64,000 nucleotides of DNA from an uncultured Gemmatimonadaceae bacterium (GTDB taxonomy: Bacteria > Gemmatimonadota > Gemmatimonadetes > Gemmatimonadales > Gemmatimonadaceae), in contig CAWFQK010000002.1 of assembly GCA_963817955.1 (NCBI GenBank), positions 672,001 through 736,000 on the forward strand. The letters run 5' to 3'. Shown here one piece after another: positions 20,482 through 33,300 of the stretch; position 1 is the first letter of the stretch, and the number at the start of each line of letters is the position of its first letter. The position numbers were made by a program, and so were the translations under genes. The notes beneath the pieces were generated by a model. The model did no database searches and was not told the origin of the DNA. It worked only from the letters and a program-made list of their open reading frames with translations.

Positions 20482-20924
20482 GCGGCACGCGCTCCGGCCT
20501 TGTAGCCCGCAGTCTGTTTGTACTTTTGCGGCGCGTTCTCATATCGCGAAGCACATTTGGCCAACAATTCGGTCGCCTGAAAGGTGCCGTCTGTGCCCAT
20601 GCGTCCGGACACCACGACATCCACGCTATCCGTGAACGTGTCCGGCGCGATACCCCGGTAAACCACAGGAAACGTGTGGCTACCGTCCGTCACTTGGAAC
20701 GCGTACTCCTTGCCGCCGGGATCGCGCTTGATCGAACCTGGCACCACGCGCGCGCCAATCTTCACGCCCGCGTTGGTGAAGCTAGGATCGGACTGCAGCT
20801 TGGCGGAGAGCTCCGTGGGCGTCAGATAATAGACGCCGGTCTCCTTGATCGAGCTGGCCATGAGATAGCCGGCCACACCGAGCACCAGGGCACCGCCAAT
20901 GAGGAATTTCGACCGTGCTTTCAT
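20478..20924 (-). CDS. ccmE: Heme chaperone CcmE (CxxxY variant)
   Basis: YYLTPTE, VVPGSI, YRGIAPDTF, LLAKCASRY. Confidence 0.92.
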   Translation of the reverse strand: MKARSKFLIGGALVLGVAGYLMASSIKETGVYYLTPTELSAKLQSDPSFTNAGVKIGARVVPGSIKRDPGGKEYAFQVTDGSHTFPVVYRGIAPDTFTDSVDVVVSGRMGTDGTFQATELLAKCASRYENAPQKYKQTAGYKAGARAA

Positions 20925-21030
20925 TAAAAGGACCTCGAGTCCAGACGATGACTGCGCTCGCTGCGCGCCATTCGCCGCCCTCCAATATAAGCTCCGCGCA
21001 CACCGCTAGCTCCTGCGCCCCCCCATGGGT

Positions 21031-21357
21031 TCACCGCTCCGTATGAACGAGCAGCGCGCTTGCTGCCACGATTCCGGCGGCGTCCCACGATAGATCTTTC
21101 GCGCTCGCGGTGCCGCCGCTGTGCTGATCGTACACCTCCTTCCCCACGCTGGTTGCCGACGCCACGAGTGTCGCGCCAGCCAACGCATTGCCGCGGTTCG
21201 CTCCAGTCAGACGAAGAGCGCTGAACGACGCACTCTGCACGAAGGCCGCCGTGACAAAATGCTTTGCTTTGTCTGCTGAGAACCACCGATCCCCGCCCGA
21301 ATGGTCTCCGCCGCCCCCCCCCCAGTGCAGTGTGAACAGCAGCGCCAGGCCACGCAT
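21031..21357 (-). CDS. YfiM/DUF2279-like small membrane protein
   Basis: DRWFSADKAKHF, GKEVYD, ASAKDLSWDAAG. Confidence 0.75.
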   Translation of the reverse strand: MRGLALLFTLHWGGGGGDHSGGDRWFSADKAKHFVTAAFVQSASFSALRLTGANRGNALAGATLVASATSVGKEVYDQHSGGTASAKDLSWDAAGIVAASALLVHTER

Positions 21358-21989
21358 CAGGCCACGCTCCGCTTTGTTTGCCCGGTTGAGATCCCCAAGC
21401 GCTCCAGCTCGCTGCCGATCAGCGCGAGCGCCCGGTCGAGGAGCTGTGGATGTTCGCCCTGATGAATCCAGCTGCTCGCACCAGAAGGATGCGGCAACGG
21501 AATGGCCAACGAGGCTCCGCCGACATGCGACACCTCGTGTCCGCGCCCGATCAGTTGATCGAGCGGAAGGTTCGGCAGAAAGCGCGCGATCGCCAAGCGG
21601 CCGACCGGCACGAGCACCGCCGGCTGAATGATGCGCAACTCCTGCTCGAGCCACGCGGCACACGCAGCCTGCTCACGCGCCGATGGAACGCGATCTCCGC
21701 GCCCGCTCGCACTCGGGCCTGGGTAGCAGCGCGTGATCGCCGCGATGTAGATATGCCGCCGGGCGGTCTGCTCATCCACGCCGACGCGCTCGAGCCAGCG
21801 GAATAGCGTCCTGCCCGCACGGCCGGCGAATGGCTGTCCGCCGGCCGCTTCCACTTTACCGGGCGCCTGACCTACGAGCATCACCCTTGGCGCGACGGCG
21901 CGCGACACAATCGGCTGCACGCCTGCTCCATACCCGCACATTCGGCAATTGGCGAGCGCGCGACAATGCGACTCGAGACGCGACACCAT
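21357..21989 (-). CDS. Uracil-DNA glycosylase family protein (Fe-S type)
   Basis: CRMC, LVGQAPG, PFAGRAG, RCYPG, LPHPSGAS. Confidence 0.9.
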   Translation of the reverse strand: MVSRLESHCRALANCRMCGYGAGVQPIVSRAVAPRVMLVGQAPGKVEAAGGQPFAGRAGRTLFRWLERVGVDEQTARRHIYIAAITRCYPGPSASGRGDRVPSAREQAACAAWLEQELRIIQPAVLVPVGRLAIARFLPNLPLDQLIGRGHEVSHVGGASLAIPLPHPSGASSWIHQGEHPQLLDRALALIGSELERLGISTGQTKRSVA

Positions 21990-21991
21990 CC

Positions 21992-23476
21992 TCAGCCCTC
22001 GTGCGCCGCGTCGCGCGCCCATGCAATGGCGCAACGAACGGCGCGATGCCAACCGTTCATGAGCATCGTAGCCTGATCTCGATTCATGTGCGGTGCGAAT
22101 GATCGAGAGCGCCGCGTGGTGAGAAAATCGTCCACGTTCTTCCATACGCCTGCCGCAATGCCTGCCAATCCCGCTGCGCCGAGCGCGGTTGTCTCCACCA
22201 TGTCAGGACGCTCCACGGCAACACCCAGTACATCCGCCTGGAACTGCATCAGCCAGTCGTTCGTCGTCGCACCGCCATCGACACGCAGACGATCGAAGCT
22301 CGCACCGCTTGCCTCGCGCATGCTCGTCAACACATCCGCCGTCGCGTACGCCATTGCCTCCAGCGTTGCGCGCACCAGATGCGCACGTCGCGTTCCACGC
22401 GTCAGCCCGACGATCGTGCCTCGTGCCTCGGCTTCCCAATGTGGCGCGCCGAGGCCGGTGAGCGCGGGCACAAAGTAGACGCCATCAGTTGAGTCCACGG
22501 AACGCGCGATCGCGTCGCTGTCGCTCGCCTGCGCGATGAGGCCGAGTCCGTCGCGCAGCCACTGCACCGCGGCGCCGGCAATGAAGATTGCGGCCTCGAG
22601 CGCGTACGCGGGCCCACCCGTCGCGTCACACGCGATGGTCGTGAGCAAGCCACTCCGTGGGACAGGGCGTTCCGAGCCGGCGTTCAGCAAGAGAAAGGCG
22701 CCGGTACCGTAGGTGTTCTTGCCGGTGCCGCGCGTACAGCACCCTTGGCCGAATAGGGCCGCCTGCTGATCACCGGCAATCCCGAGGATCGGGAGGTCGA
22801 CACCGAGGAACGAAGCCGACGCTGTACCGAACTCGCCGCTCGACCGTCGCACCTCGGGGAGCATCTCCTTTGGAACCCCGAACAGCGCACACAGCTCGTC
22901 GCTCCACGCCAATTGGTCGATGTCGTACAGCATGGTGCGCGACGCATTGGTCGGATCGGTGGCGTGCACCGCGCCGCCCGTGAAATTCCAAACGAGCCAG
23001 CTATCGATGGTACCGATGGCGAGATCGGCCGCTCGATACCGCGTCAACAACCGCTGCGTGTGCAACAACCATTCGATCTTGGTCGCCGAAAAGTATGGAT
23101 CGGGACGCAGTCCGGTACGCTGCGAGAGCCATGCAGCGCGCGGCGCCAGGTCCTGACACCGCTTGGCCGTCCGCCGATCCTGCCACACGAGGGCGCGATG
23201 CACCGGCCGGCCAGTCGCACGTTCCCAGATCACAACCGTTTCCCGCTGATTCGTGATTCCGACCGCCACGGGATCCGCCCCCGCGCTCGCAATCGCATCA
23301 CGCGCGGCGAGCCTGACGCATTCGAGAATCTCGACCGCGTCATGCTCCACCCACCCAGGCTGCGGAAAGTACTGCGGGATTTCGCGATAGCCCCGGCCAG
23401 CGACGTGGCCGTCTTCACCTATCATCAGGCAGGTAGTGCCGGTCGTTCCTTCGTCGATCGCCAGAACGTGTTTCAC
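21992..23476 (-). CDS. glpK: Glycerol kinase
   Basis: IDEGTTG, GITNQRET, WQDRRT, GDQQAALFGQ, KNTYGTG. Confidence 0.97.
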   Translation of the reverse strand: MKHVLAIDEGTTGTTCLMIGEDGHVAGRGYREIPQYFPQPGWVEHDAVEILECVRLAARDAIASAGADPVAVGITNQRETVVIWERATGRPVHRALVWQDRRTAKRCQDLAPRAAWLSQRTGLRPDPYFSATKIEWLLHTQRLLTRYRAADLAIGTIDSWLVWNFTGGAVHATDPTNASRTMLYDIDQLAWSDELCALFGVPKEMLPEVRRSSGEFGTASASFLGVDLPILGIAGDQQAALFGQGCCTRGTGKNTYGTGAFLLLNAGSERPVPRSGLLTTIACDATGGPAYALEAAIFIAGAAVQWLRDGLGLIAQASDSDAIARSVDSTDGVYFVPALTGLGAPHWEAEARGTIVGLTRGTRRAHLVRATLEAMAYATADVLTSMREASGASFDRLRVDGGATTNDWLMQFQADVLGVAVERPDMVETTALGAAGLAGIAAGVWKNVDDFLTTRRSRSFAPHMNRDQATMLMNGWHRAVRCAIAWARDAAHEG

Positions 23477-24510
23477 GGAGGGAACGCCGCGAAGTCGAAC
23501 GGGGCGCGATGCACTCCACGATCGCTGACGATGGCCGCGATCAGACCCGCCGGAGTGACATCGAACGCCGGGTTATACACATCCACCGAGGGCGGCGCGG
23601 TCTGCGCGCCGAAGCCGCAGCGAACCTCGTCGCCATCGCGCTGCTCGATACAGATGTCGGCGCCGCGCGCCGTGCGCACGTCGAACGTGCTCGTCGGCGC
23701 CGCCACATAAAACGGGATCTCGTGATAGCGCGCCGCGATCGCCACGTGATAGGTGCCAACCTTGTTCGCTACGTCACCGTTCGCCGCAATGCGATCCGCA
23801 CCGACAATGCACAAATCGATGGCCCGCTCACGCATCAACGATGCGGCCGCGCCGTCGGCGAGCACGGTGACGGGTATTCCCGCCCGCTCGAGCTCCCAGG
23901 CCGTCAACCGACTCCCCTGGAGCAGTGGACGCGTCTCGTCGGCGAACACGTGTACCCGCTTGCCCTGCTCCACCGCGACATAAACGGCGGCGAGCGCCGT
24001 GCCCATGCCACCAGTCGCGAGCGCCCCAGTGTTGCAATGCGTGAGCACACGCCCACCGTCGGGAATCAACGCCGCCCCATGCTCGCCAATGGAACGGCAC
24101 ATGGCCCGATCCTCTTCGAGGATCTCGCTGGCGACGCGGCGGATCGACGCGATCATCGCTCGCCCGTCGCCACTCGCCTGTGCGGCTGCGCCAAGCATGC
24201 GGTCGAGCGCCCAGCCCAGGTTGACCGCCGTCGGACGGGTGGCGCGAATCTGCTCGGCGTTCTGGCGGAGCCGCACCAGAAACGCATCACGTCCCAGGTT
24301 GACGTCGCGTCCCATGGAGACGACGAGCCCCATGGCGCCCGCAACGCCGATCGCCGGCGCGCCACGCACGGCGAGCGTGCGGATCGCGTCGCACACGTCG
24401 TCGAGCGTCCGCAGATCGCGCATCACCTCACGCATCGGCAACTGGCGCTGATCGATGATACGCACCGCGTCGCCATTGTCGGACCAGCGAACCGCTTGAA
24501 CGATGTCCAT
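23473..24510 (-). CDS. mtnA: Methylthioribose-1-phosphate isomerase
   Basis: VRGAPAIG, RPTAVNL, THCNTGALA, ETRPLLQGSRLT, NPAFDVTP. Confidence 0.97.
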   Translation of the reverse strand: MDIVQAVRWSDNGDAVRIIDQRQLPMREVMRDLRTLDDVCDAIRTLAVRGAPAIGVAGAMGLVVSMGRDVNLGRDAFLVRLRQNAEQIRATRPTAVNLGWALDRMLGAAAQASGDGRAMIASIRRVASEILEEDRAMCRSIGEHGAALIPDGGRVLTHCNTGALATGGMGTALAAVYVAVEQGKRVHVFADETRPLLQGSRLTAWELERAGIPVTVLADGAAASLMRERAIDLCIVGADRIAANGDVANKVGTYHVAIAARYHEIPFYVAAPTSTFDVRTARGADICIEQRDGDEVRCGFGAQTAPPSVDVYNPAFDVTPAGLIAAIVSDRGVHRAPFDFAAFPP

Positions 24511-24566
24511 GAATGGAAACGTAGGATTCGGTAGTCCGCGCCGAAAGCCGGCCTTAGATTCCCCGC

Positions 24567-25346
24567 ATGGCCTACGAGACTATCACTTACTCGATCGCCG
24601 ACCGCATTGCGACGATCACCGTCAATCGCCCCGACAAGCTCAATGCGCTGAACGATCGCGTGATCGCCGAGTTGGGGGCAGCAATCGACGACGCACGCCG
24701 CAGCAAGGATGTCGGCGGCATCCTGCTCACCGGAGCAGGACGCGCATTTGTCGCCGGCGCCGACATCTCGGAGCTGGAACAGCACGGCGCTGTGGCCGCA
24801 ATGGCGCTCGCGCAACGCGGACAGCATGTCTTCGCACGCTTCGAGACGTCGCCCAAGCCCACCATCGCGGCGGTGAATGGCTTCGCGCTCGGCGCCGGCT
24901 GCGAGCTCGCGATGTCCTGTCACCTGCGAATCGCGTCGGAGGGGGCCAAGTTCGGCCAACCCGAAGTGAAGCTCGGGCTCGTACCGGGGTACGGCGGTAC
25001 GCAGCGTCTCGCGCGGTTGATCGGCAAGGGCCGGGCGCTGCAGTTGCTGCTCACCGGCGACATGATCGACGCGCAGGAAGCGTATCGCATTGGACTGGTG
25101 AACCGTGTGGTTGCCGGCGACCAGCTCATCACCGCGGCGACCACCATGCTGCAGACGATGCTCACAAACGGACCGCTCGCACTCGCGCATTGCATCGAGA
25201 CCGTGAACAGCGGCTACGACCTGCCGCTCGACGCAGGTTTGACCCTCGAAGCAACGGCGTTCGGACTCCTCGCCGCCACCGAAGACAAGCGCGAAGGAAC
25301 CCGCGCCTTCCTCGAGAAGCGCGCCGCGAAGTTCACCGGCGCGTGA
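24567..25346 (+). CDS. Enoyl-CoA hydratase/crotonase
   Basis: NRPDKLNALN, AFVAGADI, GAGCELAM, FGQPEVKLG. Confidence 0.95.
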   Translation: MAYETITYSIADRIATITVNRPDKLNALNDRVIAELGAAIDDARRSKDVGGILLTGAGRAFVAGADISELEQHGAVAAMALAQRGQHVFARFETSPKPTIAAVNGFALGAGCELAMSCHLRIASEGAKFGQPEVKLGLVPGYGGTQRLARLIGKGRALQLLLTGDMIDAQEAYRIGLVNRVVAGDQLITAATTMLQTMLTNGPLALAHCIETVNSGYDLPLDAGLTLEATAFGLLAATEDKREGTRAFLEKRAAKFTGA

Positions 25347-26470
25347 GTGGCGCGACGGCGCGCCTGATCCGCCTCGCCGTCCGAGACTTTCGCAATCTCG
25401 CGCACGTCGAGCTCATGCCGCCGCCCGAGGGGCTGGTCGTCATCGGCGAGAATGGCCAGGGCAAGACAAACCTGCTCGAGTCCATCTACTACCTGCAAAT
25501 CCTCCGCTCGGCGCGCGGCGCCCGCGATCAGGATCTCGTGCGTTTCGGAGCGGACGGGTTCCACATTGCCGCCCAGGTGGAGACGAATACGCGCCACGAG
25601 CTGGGGGTGGGGTTCGAACGTGCCGGCAAGAAGAAGCGCGTGCGGATCGATGGCGTGGTTCCCGAACGATTGAGCGACGCGCTCGGCGCACTGCCATCCG
25701 TGATGTTCTCCCCGGCCGACGTGGAGCTGATCGCCGGGTCGCCGAATGCCCGACGCCGCTTCCTCGACATCATGCTCGCACTCACCGCCCGGGGCTATCT
25801 CGCCGCGCTGCAGCGCTACCGCGGAGCACTCGCACAACGGAACGCCGCGTTGCGCGAGGCGGCACGCGCCGGACGCATGAATCCATCGAGCGTTGCCGTG
25901 TGGGAACCGGCACTCGCGGAGCACGGAGCCGTCCTGTGGATTGCGCGCCGCGAATGGGTGGCGTCGGTCGAAGGCAGATTCGAGCAGCTGTGCCACGAGA
26001 TCGGCGAGTCGGGTCAGGTTCGTATCCGGTACATGAGCGCCGTTGGCGCGGAGGACGATCCGCGACGCGCGCTCGCCAGCGCGCTCGAAGCGAGGCGATC
26101 GCACGACGTGCGGCGAGGGCTCACCCACACCGGACCTCATCGCGACGATCTCGTCGTCACACTCGACGGCCGCGATCTGCGCATTTTTGGGTCGGCGGGA
26201 CAGCAGCGCACGGCGGCGATCGCCTTGCGGATGCTCGAGGCGGCGACGTTTACAGAACGCTCGGGCCGCGCGCCGCTCTTGCTGCTCGACGATCCGTTCG
26301 CCGAGCTCGACGCGCGTCGTTCGTCGCGCATCTTGCATCTTCTGACACGCGACGGACTCGGCCAAACGATGCTGGCCGTGCCGCGACCCGGAGACATCCC
26401 CGCCGAACTGACCGGCTTCGATCGCCTGCGCGTGAGGGCCGGCGAGATCTCGCGCTTCAGCAGTCCATGA
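25343..26470 (+). CDS. recF: DNA replication/repair protein RecF
   Basis: FRNL, GENGQGKTNLLE, GPHRDDL, GSAGQQRT, LLLDD; GTG start overlaps upstream stop. Confidence 0.95.
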   Translation: MSGATARLIRLAVRDFRNLAHVELMPPPEGLVVIGENGQGKTNLLESIYYLQILRSARGARDQDLVRFGADGFHIAAQVETNTRHELGVGFERAGKKKRVRIDGVVPERLSDALGALPSVMFSPADVELIAGSPNARRRFLDIMLALTARGYLAALQRYRGALAQRNAALREAARAGRMNPSSVAVWEPALAEHGAVLWIARREWVASVEGRFEQLCHEIGESGQVRIRYMSAVGAEDDPRRALASALEARRSHDVRRGLTHTGPHRDDLVVTLDGRDLRIFGSAGQQRTAAIALRMLEAATFTERSGRAPLLLLDDPFAELDARRSSRILHLLTRDGLGQTMLAVPRPGDIPAELTGFDRLRVRAGEISRFSSP

Positions 26471-26781
26471 CCGAACGCAAGAAGAAGAAGAAGCCGGAAC
26501 CGATCGGCAACATCGTCGCCAATTATCTCGACCGGAGCGGGCTGGCCGCGCGTGTCGAGCAGGCCGGCGTCATCCCGGAGTGGCCAACCCTGGTCGGTCG
26601 CCAGATCGCGGCCGTCACCTCGCCACAGTCGATTACCAGCGGCGGGACGTTGTTCGTGCATGTGACGACCAACGCGTGGATGAACGAGCTTTCGCTCCTC
26701 GAGCCGGAGTTGCTGCGCTCGCTGAACACCACGCCCGGCCGCGCGCCGGTGAAGCGAATTCGGTGGATCTTGGCGCGGTGA
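26467..26781 (+). CDS. dciA: DUF721/DciA family protein
   Basis: WPTLVGRQIA, LFVHVTTNAWMNEL; recF-DUF721-gyrB synteny. Confidence 0.85.
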   Translation: MTERKKKKKPEPIGNIVANYLDRSGLAARVEQAGVIPEWPTLVGRQIAAVTSPQSITSGGTLFVHVTTNAWMNELSLLEPELLRSLNTTPGRAPVKRIRWILAR

Positions 26782-26846
26782 TGAGGTAGCGTCCGTCGAT
26801 TCGTGCAACCTATTGTTTTTCAACACGTTGCACTATGTCTATCGTC

Positions 26847-26875
26847 TTGCAATTCGTCGCGGATTTTGTTACTTT
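26847..26875 (+). promoter_or_regulatory. Sigma70-type promoter of gyrB
   Basis: TTGCAA-N17-TACTTT with extended -10 TG. Confidence 0.65.
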
Positions 26876-26932
26876 AATAAGGATGTGGGCGCCCCGACTT
26901 TCGGGCTTTGTGCGGGCTGTCTTTCAGGGTGA

Positions 26933-28879
<1,947 letters not shown>

Positions 28880-28971
28880 GCGGTGAATGCAGGGCCGAGA
28901 GTTGATTTGCAAATAGAGTGCAGTAATCCTAACAATCATCTGCCAACTTGGCGGACGGCGCCGAGTAACAC

Positions 28972-29007
28972 CAAGGGGGCGACCGCATGCTTGGCGGCCG
29001 CCCCTTG
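28972..29007. terminator. GC-rich hairpin between convergent gyrB and abi genes
   Basis: CAAGGGGGCGACCGC / GCGGCCGCCCCTTG imperfect stem. Confidence 0.55.
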
Positions 29008-29171
29008 TGCGTCGAATGAGAGGGGCAGGTGCGGCTCGTCACCGAGGCGCGCGACGAAGAACAACGTGGCCTGGGTATCGCGCGACAACGCGCGCTCGGA
29101 TAGGGACTCGTGGCATATGGGGAGGCGTGCGTCATTCGCCCGCGCCCTTTCCAGCGTCGTCCGCTCGCCGG

Positions 29172-30027
29172 TTACGCCAGTGTTACTGCGCCGCCCTTGC
29201 TCTTCGCTTCGTTCTTCCGGCGCGCGCGGGCGAGAAGCGAATCGATCGTCTCAAGGAGTCGGATTCGAACGAGCGGTACTTGGATGTTGGCGTCGAAGAC
29301 GTCCGGCACCTTGTGAAGCGTTGGCGGAACTTGCGACTGTTCCCCGCCCAGCCACCGGAGTGCTTTGCAGATCTCGTCATAGCGCTCCTTCGGCGACGGC
29401 TGCTCAGGCTGCTTCTGCCACACGGGCTCGTGATGGAAGACCCGGTTCCGGAAATGACGGAGCTGATTGATGGTGGCCCTGATGGAGGACATCGTCTCGT
29501 CCTTGGCGTTCGGAAAGACCTGCCGCTCAAACGAGGTTGGAACGGCCGCGATCACCGGATTCCAGAGGTAGACGCCCTTCGTTCCGGGGTGCTCATACGC
29601 AGTCTCGAGCAGCGCGACCCAGAAACCGAACGACATCGCCGCGACCAAGTCGTTGTGGTCGCGGTAGTCGCGCCGCATCTCACCAGTCGTCGGGTCCCGG
29701 ATCAAGTTCGACTTCGCGTCCTGGACCGCGCCCTCGCCGCCAATATGGACAGCCACGCGAGGGTTCCGATCAAGCCACGAGTTGATGTGGTCATAGCGCC
29801 CCGAGGTTGGAAACCGCCGGGCGCATGCGCGATCCAATGTTATTCCGAAGGGCCACTTCGAGTGCCTGCAGCATCGGATAGTAGGCACGGCAGAGCTCGG
29901 CGTTCCAGTAGTATCGCGCCAGCGCGACGCTGTTATCCCCGGATGCTGCACGGAGATACGGCGCCAGTCGGGCGGGCGTGATCTGCTGCACGAGCTGCCC
30001 GATATAGGAGTCTTGCGCTTGGCTCAC
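29172..30027 (-). CDS. Abi-family (Abi_2/AbiF-like) HEPN protein, frameshifted near 29840
   Basis: ARLAPY, YYWN, LEVALRN / LVAAMSFGFW, RNRVFHHEP (HEPN Rx4H); removing one A in CGGAATAACATTG joins the two ORFs. Confidence 0.85.
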
Positions 30028-30064
30028 GGGACAGGTAACATGGAGGTGCAGAGCCGATGCACTA

Positions 30065-30112
30065 TGTTGGCCCCCTATGTACCCGCCAGAGCTACGGTCC
30101 TGGCGGGTTTCT
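30065..30112. ncRNA. Candidate structured RNA adjacent to abi gene
   Basis: Perfect 9-bp stem ACCCGCCAG/CTGGCGGGT (30081-30108) preceded by GGCCCCCTATGT, ~55 nt from abi start; limits uncertain. Confidence 0.4.
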
Positions 30113-30338
30113 GCATTCTACGGCATCGGAGCCGTAGCGGCTACCCACCGCAACTGAACTCGCAACCGGAAGACGCCAGCCGGCGACACTGCGCAGCACG
30201 TTCGCGTGCCTTGGCCCTCAACGCGCTGACCGAACCGTTCTCCGCAGCCATCGGTATCCCGTATTTTCTCATAGTCTCCGGCCTTGGGCGTCCGAAACGA
30301 TCATCCAGGGTCCCGGTTTTTCTTCGCAGAGAGTATGC

Positions 30339-33300
30339 GTGCCGCAGACGATAGGATGGCAGGCCGCCCTACCCGACATCTTGCACGCAGCGACTGCGAC
30401 TCGCCGCTTCCCTCCGTTTGATGAGAAGGCGAGGGCGCGCGAAGTCGCCACGCGAGTCAGCGAGGCGAAGAGGTTTCCCTGGTGGCCTGCCGTAGCCGCC
30501 GTCGTCGCAGTTCTATTGCCACACGGCTGGATCTTGACTCTCGCGGCGCTGCTGCTCTTCGGCGGACTGATACACCAGGCCATGCAGCGCAGTGCCGCCC
30601 TTGGGATAGAGCTCAACCGGGAAACCGAGCGGCTCCGAGCGCACCATCGTGCGCAAGCTGCCCGCCTCGAAGCGGCCGTGGCTGCGGCGAATGCTGGCGA
30701 TGGTGCGGCGCTCGGATCCTTGCTCGCTCGCTGGAACACGCTGCGCCCCGACAGCATCAAGCGATTCCGCATCGAGCTGTCGACACGGCGGACGATCACC
30801 GATGCCCGCGAATGTCTGAGCTCAGTGTGGGAACTCCGCGGGGAAGCGATTCGACGAGGGGATGTCCCCGCAGGGATTCCGCGAATCGGGCGCGGCGGGC
30901 GCACGGTGTCCGATAAGCGAAAGGCCGCTGAGATCGACGAGGACCTGGCGGAACTCAACGCAGCCGCGGTCCTCTCCGTTCTCCTCGCACTCTTCTCGGG
31001 ATCATCCAAGCCTGTCCCAATCGTGGTACGGCTGGTTCTACCGAAACCGCCCGGCGGGGAACTCGTTCCCTGGGTTACCCTTTCGCGGCTGATCGATCGC
31101 GTTACGCTCGAACGGGCCCGTGGATCGGTCACCAGCGCAGTGGAAACCATCCGTCGGCTCGGCGGCGATGTGGGTCGCTGGCGGAATCAGCGCGTCACCG
31201 CCGCGGCGGAACCCGTCGGCGACGCGTTCCGCGTGTCGGCGATCTCCGATGGAATGGACTATCGCTTGGACGGAACGCCGCTCGCGTTGCAGGAGCCAAT
31301 CGAGACACTCTCCGAAGGAGCGGCGTTCGGCACCGTACAACTACCACCTCGCGGCGCGCCCATCATTCTCATGGCCGACCGGCATGCGCCATTGACGGCG
31401 CCGCCCATCCTCGCCTCTATGCCGCCAGGATTGACCACTCCAGTCCCGCCGCTCAGGGTGATCGAGGAGCACGCCCAAGACCCGTACGGAAGCCGCGCCA
31501 CAAGCATCAGTTTTGGCGAGGCGGTCACGCAACGTCCGGAGCCCATGGCTGGTGGCGCCATTCCGCACCCACCTCTACAACTTGGAGCGAGCGTTGGCCT
31601 GTCCAGCGCCATCCCAACGCCCCTGAACGTCAACGGCGAGTTCTCATCCGTCGCGCGCAGGTTCGTTGCCTATCGAGGCGAGCCGGTCGCAACGTTCCTC
31701 GCCTACCAGTCGGACCCGACGTACGCGCAGATGGCCCGGGGACAGCTCAAGTACTACTTCGCGTGGCGCCACGCGGTCCGGAACGGAGAGACGCCGCGGA
31801 CAGATCTGAGCTACATCTTGGTGCATGTCTACGAACTGCTCCACGTAATTGGTGCTGAGACTCCCGTGGATGCGTGCCTGCAGCTCGAGCGCCTCTGGCA
31901 GCGCTATCGTGAGACGTTCCCGAAGCTCGACCACTATATGGTAGATTGGATCTCCGACCTCTATGCGACGGAGGTCGGAACCGATACCGCACTCGATTTC
32001 GTCGAACGCGCAGTCGCGCTGGGAGCGATGACCGGGCCCGACGATCTGTTCATCGCGACAGACAAGCAATGGGCGAGCGGGGCGTATGGCGAGATGAGCA
32101 ACGACAGCCTCGCGCTGCTCGTGGGAGATCCACGGCTTGGCAAGAACCGTTTCTACGTTGAGCACAACGTGGGGCCGACTGGCCAGGGCTGGATCGATCG
32201 CGCGTATCGAGAGGCGCTCTCCGTCACCGACCGATTCTGCCATGGCCAGCATGGCCGCACGCCGCGGGACCAGATGATCGCGTCGGGTGGCTTCCGAACC
32301 ATCACTCGTCAGGCCTTTCAAGGCGCGGTCTACGACTGGAAGCGGAAGACGGTGACCCTCAATGTTCCTGATCTCTCTGACACCGCTCCGGCGGTTCAGG
32401 CCTACCGATGCGCAGTGCGGTATGCGGAGAACCTGTTGCGGAAAGAGCGCAACTTCCCCGCGAAGTTGCGCGGCGTCACGGTCGACGCAGGCCTAGCCCG
32501 GGCGCTCGATGCGCACTTCGCCACGTTCCTCCGCGCCACGCGGCCGCGTGCGAGGGTGACGATCGACCTGTCCAAGGCACAGAATCTCGCCCGAGAGTCT
32601 GCGGATGTGCGAGCGCGGTTGCTCAAGGGTGTCGAGGTTGCTGAAGACGTGGGACCGTTGCCGATCGCCGCCCGGCCGTCGCCCGACATGTCTCGTACGA
32701 CATCGACGGGGCGTACGAAGTCCGGCGAACCAGTGGCCGATGGAGACATACCTGCCGAGCACATCGCCGCAGGCCTGCTGACGGATCTAGCGGCGGTCCA
32801 TGATGTCCTGTCATCGCTCACCGGCCCAGCGCGCGCGCTCGTTGAGGCGCTGGCGGCGCGGGGATGGGAATCCGCCGAGAACGATCCCGACCTCAACGCT
32901 GCCACGGCCGGGGCTCTCATTGGTCCGCTCGTTGACGAGATCAACGAACGCGCGGTTCGTGTGCTTGGCGATGTGCTGCTGGTGACCGAGGAGAACACGT
33001 TGGTAGTGCAGGAGGACTTCCGAGACGAGGTCCACTGGGTCCTCAACGGGTCTCTCGATGGCTTCAGCGATCGCCGCGGGTTGCCGGCGCCTGCCAATGC
33101 GTTGCCCGTTTCGCCGAGTGGGCGTGTGCCCACGGCGGCGGACCAGCCGGACACCGATGGCTTTGGGCCGATCGAGCTCCGCGTGCTCGCGATCATTGCG
33201 GTCGGCGGTCCAGGTGTGCCCGCATCGGTCTCCAAGGCAGCCCGCGAGCAGGCCACAACACCGCTACTCCTGGTGGACCGCATCAACGAGGCCGCGCTGG

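Noticed and set aside
21314..21323. Poly-G tract as a phase-variation switch in the YfiM-like gene
   Set aside because: Currently in frame, encodes a Gly linker, and no evidence of variation from a single sequence
24503..26470. 655-aa RecF with a long N-terminal extension
   Set aside because: Extension is an alternative frame of the crotonase gene; RecF starts at GTG 25343
28920..28970. Integron attC-like site after gyrB (CCTAAC)
   Set aside because: No matching GTTRRRY core or attC stem found; no integrase in the window
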